Positions 9,815 to 17,116 of a stretch of DNA of 64,000 bases are shown piece after piece. Both the position numbers and the translations under genes were made by a program. The stretch is taken from NCBI GenBank assembly GCA_963756315.1, contig CAVWNI010000001.1, forward strand, positions 48,801 through 112,800, in the 5' to 3' direction. Each line of letters starts with the position of its first letter. The first letter of the stretch is position 1. The stretch is from an uncultured Acidobacteriota bacterium. Lineage in GTDB: Bacteria > Acidobacteriota > Terriglobia > Terriglobales > Acidobacteriaceae. The notes below the pieces were generated by a model, which had not been told where the DNA came from, did not search any database, and was given only the letters and a program-made list of their open reading frames with translations.

Positions 9815-12031
9815 TCAATGAAGATAGTTCACGGTGCTCCAGTCGACCGGCTTAGAGCGCAGTTCCTTGTAGATCGCGAGCGCTTGCGAATAGGCATCTC
9901 CCTGCGGGGTGAGCCGGAAGTGATCCGGCTGACGGTTCCAGGCATCCTCGACCGCGAACCAATCGATCGGCTTGGGTTCGGTATTCGTCTTCATTGCAGC
10001 CGCCAGGCTGTCGAAAAAAAGTTTCCAGCGCTGATAGTAGAGAGTCCCCACCAGCCCGGACCAATCCTTGTTTGCATAATCGTGGAGATGGCCGCTGACT
10101 TCCCGATCTCCCCACGTGGTAAGAAGCGAACGCGCGTCGTAGACCAGAGCAGTTTGTTCCGCTGGACTACTGGCCCACGACTTGGGCGCTTCGAGCCAGG
10201 GCCCAAGCAAGAACCACTGATTGGTTGCCACCAGGCTTTCCTCAGCCCGCATGAGATGAAGCCACTGCTGCGTCAACGCAGCGAAGCGCGCTTGATCCCC
10301 GGCCTGATCCGCAGCTTTGATCTGAAGGAACAGCGCGTGGCCTCGGTTGTCCAATATCTGGCGGGTGATATTCACCAGATCATATTGGTAGGTTGGTGTG
10401 GCGCGTAGCCTTGGGGACACGGCAAGCAATTCCGGTAATGCTTTCTCCAATGCTGCGGGGTCGTAGGGGATATGAGCTCCGCCCCAATCCGGCTTCACGG
10501 CGAAATTCGGTCGCAGGTTGAAGAGAGATTCCTGCGCAGCCTCCTTGTCGGCAGGCATGTGGTAGACACTGTTGACAAGAATTTGCCAGGCGCGATCGGC
10601 ATGGGGATCCGCAGCTCCATAGCGACGCGTGGCGTACGCGGAGAACCATTTCGACACATCGACCGGTTCGCTATGCCAGGCCATCTCCATAAAAAATGCG
10701 AAAGCGGCGGGGTCGGTGTCCAGGCCCTCATTGTAGAAAGCAATGCCTTGCATGTGACTTCCCGGCGCCATTCCGAATTGGGGTATGCGCGTCGCGTAGG
10801 CCTGCAAATGCGCGCCGAGCGTGTTGCGGCCGCCAAAGTCCCAAATCGCGCTGTAGAGATAGGGGGAGCCCTTATATTCTGTTTCCGGATTATGACTCAG
10901 GTTGCTGTTCAGCTTTTCATCGACAATTATCAGCTTGCTACGGTCCACGGCATCGATCAGCGCCGGCTTAGGATTCTCCTGCCAGGCCAGCATCATCCAG
11001 TAAGAGCCGGGGTGGGCTGATTCCAATGAGCGTTGCACGGCGACAGAGCCGGCACCCACAGGAACATCGCCCGGTGTGCCGCCTTCCTGGAATACTTCCA
11101 TGTTGTAGATCGATGTATCTCCGTAGAGTTCGTGCTGATGACGATAAAAATCCGCTGCAATCTTCGCAAACATTGGATCGCGCGGGTCGAGCCAGTCCGG
11201 GCGCGCAAATCCATTCCAATCTCCTTGCGGAATGACGTGCGCCTGGGGATGCTTCTGCGCAAAGCCGGTTGGGACGAGGCCGTAATAGCCGGGCAGTACC
11301 GGCGTGATTCCCAGGCCACGCATGTAGGCGAGGATTTGTTTGGCCGATTCGGCTCTTTTTTGCAGGAGCTGCATGCTGATCGGGCCGCCGAAACAACACA
11401 TGTTCCCCATGAGCTGCCAATTCTGATGCGCAGGAAGAGTAAACCAGGCGCGGATTTGCTGATCTGTATAGCCGAAATCGCGAAATGTCTGGTAGAGCAC
11501 CAGGCCGGTGCCGCGTTCCAGCAAAATCGTATTGGCTCCGCTTGCGGCCAGCAGATCGATTTCATGTTTCCAGCGAGGCAGCTGCCAATACGGCGTGCTA
11601 TAGCCTGATACGTTTTCATTGAACGCATAGCGATAGCGATAGGGCGAGCGGACTTCGATCGGGGCGGCCGGTGCGGGAAGCTCCGCCGGCAGATTTAGTT
11701 GATTTTCGTTGGTAGAGATTTGCCCATGGGCCACATATTTCAGATACCAGTTGAACCCCGTGAGGAGCGCCACGTTCGAACTGCCGGCAATCTCAATCGC
11801 GCCGGGTCTTCCGGAAATACGAAAGACATCGCTCCCACTTTCGGTCGGAAGGGTTGTGAAATGCACCTGACGCGCGATGCGTTCCGGCACCAACTCCTGC
11901 AGCGCCGTGCGCGCGGGAGCGCTGTCGAACGTGGCGGCAACCGCAGCCCAGGGAAATATCCCGACAGCAATTCCGAGTACTATAGCGAAACGAAAGAACG
12001 ATCTCGATACCACCGCGGCTCCTGACTTCAA
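9815..12031 (-). CDS. Secreted GH89 alpha-N-acetylglucosaminidase (NAGLU family)
   Basis: 738 aa. The segment YATRRYGAADPHADRAWQILVNSVYHMP closely parallels the human NAGLU segment ...[23 protein letters not shown]... It also has a TIM-barrel region (WQLMGNM, VLPGYYGLVP). The first codon is TTG, so the start is uncertain. Confidence 0.85.
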   Translation of the reverse strand: MKSGAAVVSRSFFRFAIVLGIAVGIFPWAAVAATFDSAPARTALQELVPERIARQVHFTTLPTESGSDVFRISGRPGAIEIAGSSNVALLTGFNWYLKYVAHGQISTNENQLNLPAELPAPAAPIEVRSPYRYRYAFNENVSGYSTPYWQLPRWKHEIDLLAASGANTILLERGTGLVLYQTFRDFGYTDQQIRAWFTLPAHQNWQLMGNMCCFGGPISMQLLQKRAESAKQILAYMRGLGITPVLPGYYGLVPTGFAQKHPQAHVIPQGDWNGFARPDWLDPRDPMFAKIAADFYRHQHELYGDTSIYNMEVFQEGGTPGDVPVGAGSVAVQRSLESAHPGSYWMMLAWQENPKPALIDAVDRSKLIIVDEKLNSNLSHNPETEYKGSPYLYSAIWDFGGRNTLGAHLQAYATRIPQFGMAPGSHMQGIAFYNEGLDTDPAAFAFFMEMAWHSEPVDVSKWFSAYATRRYGAADPHADRAWQILVNSVYHMPADKEAAQESLFNLRPNFAVKPDWGGAHIPYDPAALEKALPELLAVSPRLRATPTYQYDLVNITRQILDNRGHALFLQIKAADQAGDQARFAALTQQWLHLMRAEESLVATNQWFLLGPWLEAPKSWASSPAEQTALVYDARSLLTTWGDREVSGHLHDYANKDWSGLVGTLYYQRWKLFFDSLAAAMKTNTEPKPIDWFAVEDAWNRQPDHFRLTPQGDAYSQALAIYKELRSKPVDWSTVNYLH

Positions 12032-12295
12032 ACGCGAACGACGATCCTACTAAATTTAACTCACAATCATTCGATTTTCAGAAAGCGGAAGGAAATCAAG
12101 GGTGGGGGTCTCGCCGAGCAATGCCGGAAGTGCGCCGGTATTCCGAGCGAGACGAAGGTGGTTGGCGGCGACGAATCTCCATGAGTTTATGATCAACTTG
12201 CCCGCAGGCGACCTGGTGCAGGAGTTTCGTAATCTTTGCCGGAGTGAAATACTGACAGGTCTTTGGCGTTTGCCGAACAATGAGGAGCGATCACA

Positions 12296-14395
12296 ATGAA
12301 GTTGGTTTCATCGAGGCTTTTGTTCCGGTTACTTTTTCCATGCTGCCTGCTTGTGACAGCTTCTTTTGTGCGTGCCCAGGAACGTCCTCCGGCAGTTCCG
12401 CTGATCGTTCACAATCCATACTTCAGCGTCTGGTCGATGAATGACCACCTCACCGATGGACCTACGCGCCACTGGACGGGGACTCCGCAACCGCTGACAG
12501 GACTGATCCGGATCGATGGAAAAACCTGGCGCTACATGGGCGACCGGCCGCGTGACCTTCCCGCGCTGCAACAGACATCGCTTACGCTGGCCCCCACGCA
12601 CACGGTGTATACGCTGGAGGGCGGCGGCATCCGCCTGACACTAACTTTTTTCACGCCCGCCTTTCCGCAGGACCTGGATGTGTTGTCGCGGCCTGTCACC
12701 TATCTGACGTGGACAGTGTCGAGCACAGATGGGCAAAATCACAGCGTCAGCGTTTTGCTGGATGTCGATCCGGTCATCGCCGTCAACACGCCCGACCAGC
12801 AGGTGACATGGGGACGTTCGCAGGTAACGGGCCTGACAGTGCTGAACGTGGGCTCGCGTGATCAGCAAGTGCTGAATCGCTCCGGAGACAATCTGCGCAT
12901 CGACTGGGGATATTTTCACCTTGCAGTTCCCACCGCGGAACCAGCGACCACGGTCGCCGCTGCCGAGGCGGAGCGGCAGTTTGTGCAAAGCGGCACACTG
13001 CCGGCCTCGGACGACATCGGCATGCCACTCACCCCGCACGATCGGACGGCGCATCTGGACGTGGAGTTGCCGCTGAACTGCACCGCTGGGCAGACCGCGA
13101 CCGCACATGTTCTGCTGGCCTATACGCAAGGATTCGGGATCGAGTATCTGGAGCGCAAACTGCACCCCTACTGGCAGCGCAACGGCGAGACTGTCGGGGA
13201 CATGCTGGCACAGTCGGAAAAAGATTATGTTTCTTTGGAGGCTCGCGGAAAACAGTACGACAGCGAACTGACCGCCGACCTGACAAAAGCGGGGGGACCT
13301 GGCTACGCCCAACTGGCGATTCTTGCTTATCAGCAGACGTTGGGTGCGCACATGCTGGTCGCAAATGTGGACGGAAAGCCGATGCTCTTTGCGAAGGAGG
13401 ATTTCTCCAACGGCGATATTGCCACCGTCGATGTGCTGTATCCCTCTTCACCCTTTTTCCTGCTGCTGAACCCCCGCCTGCTGGAAGCCCAGGTGTTCCC
13501 GGTGCTGGAGTATGCCAGCCTGCCACGCTGGACATTTCCGTTTGCGCCGCATGATCTTGGGCAGTATCCGCTGGCGAATGGTCAATTGTATGGCGGAGGC
13601 GAGAAGAGCGATGTGGATCAGATGCCGATTGAGGAGAGCGGAAATCTGCTGATTCTTGGCGCCGCACTTGGCCAGTCGGAAGGCGATTGGCACGTGGCAA
13701 AGGAATACTGGCCGCAATTCACCAAGTGGGCAGAATACCTGAAAGCCAACGGGCTCGATCCTAAAAACCAGCTCTGTACGGACGACTTCGCCGGGCATCT
13801 TGCTCACAATGCCAATCTCTCGATCAAAGCGATTGAAGGGTTGGGTGCCTATTCTTTAATGGCGCGCGGCTTGGGGATGACCTCCATTGCGGACGAGTAT
13901 CTGCAGACGGCGAAACAGATGGCAGTCAGCTGGCAACAAATGGATAAGGATGGCGATCACTACAAGCTGGCATTTGACAAGCCCGGGACGTGGAGCCAGA
14001 AATACAATCTGGTGTGGGATCAGTTGCTGGGGCTGCATCTGTTCCCTGCTTCGGTGCGAGAAACGGAACTCGCGTTTTATCAGAAGCAGCTGAACCCGTA
14101 TGGATTACCGTTGGACAGCCGCGCGACCTATACCAAGCTCGATTGGGAACTTTGGACGGCAACCTTGTCGTCGAATCAGACTCAGTTCAACACCTTTGTG
14201 GATCCGATTGTGAAATGGGTCAGCGCGACGCCGTCCCGCGTGCCGTTGACCGACTGGTACGACACGATCACGGGCAAGCAGCAGGGTTTCCAGGCTCGCT
14301 CCGTAGTGGGCGGAATTTTCATCAAGGCGCTGGCAGACAAGACCATCGCAGAAAAATGGCAGGCTGCCGCGAAGCAGGGAAAGTCGAGCCAATGA
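12296..14395 (+). CDS. Secreted DUF4964/DUF5127/DUF4965/DUF1793 (glutaminase-A-like) putative glycoside hydrolase
   Basis: Signal peptide, then PPAVPLIVHNPYFSVWS, typical of the N-terminus of this multi-DUF family. 699 aa, with a GAGGAG RBS. Confidence 0.7.
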   Translation: MKLVSSRLLFRLLFPCCLLVTASFVRAQERPPAVPLIVHNPYFSVWSMNDHLTDGPTRHWTGTPQPLTGLIRIDGKTWRYMGDRPRDLPALQQTSLTLAPTHTVYTLEGGGIRLTLTFFTPAFPQDLDVLSRPVTYLTWTVSSTDGQNHSVSVLLDVDPVIAVNTPDQQVTWGRSQVTGLTVLNVGSRDQQVLNRSGDNLRIDWGYFHLAVPTAEPATTVAAAEAERQFVQSGTLPASDDIGMPLTPHDRTAHLDVELPLNCTAGQTATAHVLLAYTQGFGIEYLERKLHPYWQRNGETVGDMLAQSEKDYVSLEARGKQYDSELTADLTKAGGPGYAQLAILAYQQTLGAHMLVANVDGKPMLFAKEDFSNGDIATVDVLYPSSPFFLLLNPRLLEAQVFPVLEYASLPRWTFPFAPHDLGQYPLANGQLYGGGEKSDVDQMPIEESGNLLILGAALGQSEGDWHVAKEYWPQFTKWAEYLKANGLDPKNQLCTDDFAGHLAHNANLSIKAIEGLGAYSLMARGLGMTSIADEYLQTAKQMAVSWQQMDKDGDHYKLAFDKPGTWSQKYNLVWDQLLGLHLFPASVRETELAFYQKQLNPYGLPLDSRATYTKLDWELWTATLSSNQTQFNTFVDPIVKWVSATPSRVPLTDWYDTITGKQQGFQARSVVGGIFIKALADKTIAEKWQAAAKQGKSSQ

Positions 14396-14440
14396 CGCTC
14401 ACCGCACCGGCTGGAATGGCGGTGCGTACGCAGGTCTGAC

Positions 14441-15748
14441 TCAGATGCTTTCAGTTCCGACGGCGACCTGTTGTTGTTGAGCGAGACGGCCTTCATAAGC
14501 CCAAAGAGCCAGCGCCGGATTGGAGATGAAAAAGATCTCTTCCCCGTCGACAATGTTCCAGCCATCAGACAGCTTCGCAGGATCATACTTCGCCATGTAT
14601 TCCGCAAGGTCGCCATAGGCGAAGAGGGCGCCTTCCATCTCTTCGCGAGTCAGGTGCCCCGGACAATAGCGGATGGTGAAGCGGCCTTCGCTGGATCCGT
14701 GGATCAAGTGGGCGGCCGCCGACAGGTTGCCGGCCAGCACAGGGTCGTTCTTGACGGCCTGAAGCGTTGCCGGAGTGCCGCAATATCCGTACTTGCGGAT
14801 GAGTTTGTCGATCGCGGGGTCTTCGCCGAAAGCGCGAACGCCAGGAGCGAGGATGATCAGTTCCGCATTGTCCGCCAGGGCCATGCGGGTGCGATATATG
14901 CTTTTGTTCCCCAGCCAGGTCGTCTTGAATTCCTGAGGATCGAGGAAAACGACCGCCTTGTGAATTTCGCGGTCCATCACAAAGAAGTTGACCTTGAGAC
15001 TAAGCTCGGCTGCACGCTCAAAACACTCGGCGTCATCGCCTATATATAGACCGTTGATCACGAGCTTGCCGGCGGCATTTTTGCTGACGACCGTCTGAAC
15101 GTAGATGATGGGCAGGTTCTGGGCGAAATGGTCGCTGGCGTAGTGGAGGACGCTGCGCACGGGATTGTCCGCCTGACCCATCATGCGTTCCATTCCGTAC
15201 ACAGCGCCGAGGAAGTGGCTGCGGTGAATGGCCTGAACCCCGCCGGTGCCGACGAAGATGTTCTTGTTGTAGTTGGCCATACCGGCCACTTCGTGAGGCA
15301 CCACCTGCCCGATGGAGAGAATCAGGTCGTGGCCGCCATCTCGCAGCAGCCTGTTGACCCCGACAGGGATGGTGTAATCTAGCTTGCCTTCGCTGACTTC
15401 AGCAACCACCTCGCTGGGAACTTCACCCAGGGTTACGACGTCATTGCGCCAGTCGTGGACACGAAACAGATTCCGCGGGATGGCGCCGAACATCGTCTGA
15501 ATTTCATAGTCCGTCATCGGGTTGTGCGTGCCGAGGGCAGGCAGAACATCGGTGAGGGATGCGCCGTAATAGTCCCAGGCATACTGGGCGAGAACGCCGC
15601 TCATGGAATGCATGCGGGTGAAATCCGGAGGAACGGCGAGGACTTTTTTGCGGGGACCGAGTTTGTCGAGCGCGGCGAAGAGACTGGCCTTGATCTCCGC
15701 GGGGGAGAACTCAGTGGTAGGCGATCCGGCAGCGAACAATAGGCTCAT
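14441..15748 (-). CDS. LarA-like (lactate racemase family, DUF2088) putative 2-hydroxyacid/sugar-acid racemase or epimerase
   Basis: 435 aa, cytoplasmic. PPDFTRMHS resembles the LarA N-terminal DxTR segment. SIGQVVPHEVAGMANYNKNIFVGTGG matches the LarA pattern PH..AG.....K....G.GG, which contains the cofactor-tethering Lys. Confidence 0.65.
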   Translation of the reverse strand: MSLLFAAGSPTTEFSPAEIKASLFAALDKLGPRKKVLAVPPDFTRMHSMSGVLAQYAWDYYGASLTDVLPALGTHNPMTDYEIQTMFGAIPRNLFRVHDWRNDVVTLGEVPSEVVAEVSEGKLDYTIPVGVNRLLRDGGHDLILSIGQVVPHEVAGMANYNKNIFVGTGGVQAIHRSHFLGAVYGMERMMGQADNPVRSVLHYASDHFAQNLPIIYVQTVVSKNAAGKLVINGLYIGDDAECFERAAELSLKVNFFVMDREIHKAVVFLDPQEFKTTWLGNKSIYRTRMALADNAELIILAPGVRAFGEDPAIDKLIRKYGYCGTPATLQAVKNDPVLAGNLSAAAHLIHGSSEGRFTIRYCPGHLTREEMEGALFAYGDLAEYMAKYDPAKLSDGWNIVDGEEIFFISNPALALWAYEGRLAQQQQVAVGTESI

Positions 15749-15842
15749 AGCATGGTTATGATATTCCCTTCGAAAGCGGTGTGAAAGTGCCGGGTTTCAC
15801 GGATGCGCGGCCGATGCCGTAGCCTTAGATTTGAGGGACCCT

Positions 15843-16643
15843 ATGTCGTCCAATGAATCCACTTCCGTGCGCCAGCACGCTTCCACCGGCCCCGCAGTGC
15901 CGCAGTTGCCCGAACCCACCTACGCCGAACGCGTCCGCACCTTGATCTCTTTGTCCTCGGTCGCGACACTCTCGACGCTGTCTCGCAAGCATGCGGGATT
16001 TCCCTTCGGTTCGCTGATGCCCTATGCCCTGGACGCATCGGGGCGGCCGATCTTTCTGATCAGCAACATGGCGATGCACACCCAGAATTTAAAGGCCGAT
16101 GCACGCTCCAGTCTTTTCATTGCGCAGGCTGGCGCGGACGGCGATCCGCTTGGCGCCGCGCGTGCCACGCTGATGGGTCGCGCCGAATCCGTGCCGGCGG
16201 ATGATCTAGCCGCAGCACGAGAAACCTATCTTGCGCGGCACGAGAACAGCCGTTACTGGGTCGACTTTGCCGACTTTGGGTTCTTTCGGCTTGAGCCCAT
16301 GGATATCTATTATGTTGGGGGCTTTGGTGTGATGGGATGGGTGGATGCGGGGGAGTATGAGCACGCAGCACCGGACCCGCTGGCGAATGCCGCGCCCGCG
16401 ATCCTGACTCATATGAATGCCGACCATGTCGACTCCATGATTCTGCTGGCGCGAGCCGATGCAGGGCTTGAAGCGACGGAGGCAACGATGACTTCCGTCG
16501 ACCGCCTGGGCTTCTCTCTGCGACTGAAGACACGCGAGGGGATGAAAGGTACCCGCATCAACTTTCCCCGGGAAGTGTCTACATCGCAGGAAACGCGCAC
16601 CGCACTGGTCGAGATGGTTCGGCACGCAAAGGAATCCATCTAG
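15843..16643 (+). CDS. HugZ-like / pyridoxamine-5'-phosphate-oxidase-fold protein with DUF2470-like C-terminus
   Basis: ARTLISLSSVATLSTLSRKHAGFPFGSLMPYALDASGRPIFLISNMAMHTQNL is typical of the split-barrel HugZ/PNPOx family. The ATG at 15843 follows GAGGGA. The ORF track starts at TTG 15831. Confidence 0.65.
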   Translation: MSSNESTSVRQHASTGPAVPQLPEPTYAERVRTLISLSSVATLSTLSRKHAGFPFGSLMPYALDASGRPIFLISNMAMHTQNLKADARSSLFIAQAGADGDPLGAARATLMGRAESVPADDLAAARETYLARHENSRYWVDFADFGFFRLEPMDIYYVGGFGVMGWVDAGEYEHAAPDPLANAAPAILTHMNADHVDSMILLARADAGLEATEATMTSVDRLGFSLRLKTREGMKGTRINFPREVSTSQETRTALVEMVRHAKESI

Positions 16644-16706
16644 TCGGGCTGCCAGGTCGCCCCGGGAAGCGCTCAATTCTCGCTATGGAGATTCCGACAA
16701 TTCTTC

Positions 16707-16723
16707 CTGTGGCCACGCCACAG
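16707..16723. promoter_or_regulatory. Perfect 7-3-7 inverted repeat CTGTGGC-cac-GCCACAG, candidate PadR operator
   Basis: Read directly from the sequence, 43 bp upstream of the PadR ATG. Related half-sites (TGTGCCA, TGTGGCA) follow at 16728-16748. Confidence 0.4.
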
Positions 16724-16765
16724 AATCTGTGCCATACTTATGTGGCATCGACACAGGAGACGAAC

Positions 16766-17116
16766 ATGGCGGATGTGAAGCTCGACCTATTGCAAGGCAC
16801 TCTGGACTTGATGGTTCTGCAGACGCTGGCCGCCATGGGTTCCCTGCATGGTTACGGCATCGCGCGGCGCATTGAGCAGGTGAGCGGCGACGAGATTCTG
16901 CTGAACCAGGGCACCATTTACGCATCCCTGGTACGTCTGCAGCAGCGCGGCTGGATCTCCGCGCAATGGGGCACGTCCGACAACAATCGCAAAGCGAAGT
17001 ACTACGCCATTACGAAGAGCGGTCGCGGCCAGCTGGCCAAGGACTCGGCCTACTGGCATCGCTTGTCCAGCGTGATGGGTCGCGTGCTGGCGATGCAGAC
17101 GGAAGGAGAGCGGTGA
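16766..17116 (+). CDS. PadR-family transcriptional regulator (pair 1)
   Basis: MADVKLDLLQGTLDLMVLQTL...HGYGIARRIEQ...GTIYASLVRLQQRGWISAQWGTSDNNRKAKYYAITKSG is a canonical PadR winged helix. AGGAGA RBS is present. The stop overlaps the next start (gTGATGg). Confidence 0.9.
   Translation: MADVKLDLLQGTLDLMVLQTLAAMGSLHGYGIARRIEQVSGDEILLNQGTIYASLVRLQQRGWISAQWGTSDNNRKAKYYAITKSGRGQLAKDSAYWHRLSSVMGRVLAMQTEGER

Noticed and set aside
16966-17115. Upstream extensions of ORF-track entries. Examples: 16966 for permease pair 1, 31501 for TolC, 47935 for ATPase 1, 49269 for the adaptor, 55344 for permease pair 3 and 58128 for mrpD.
   Set aside because: The extensions overlap the preceding gene in another frame and lack family-typical N-termini. 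Downstream starts give coupling overlaps, RBSs and N-termini matching the paralogues. The exception is P1, which is reported as a finding.
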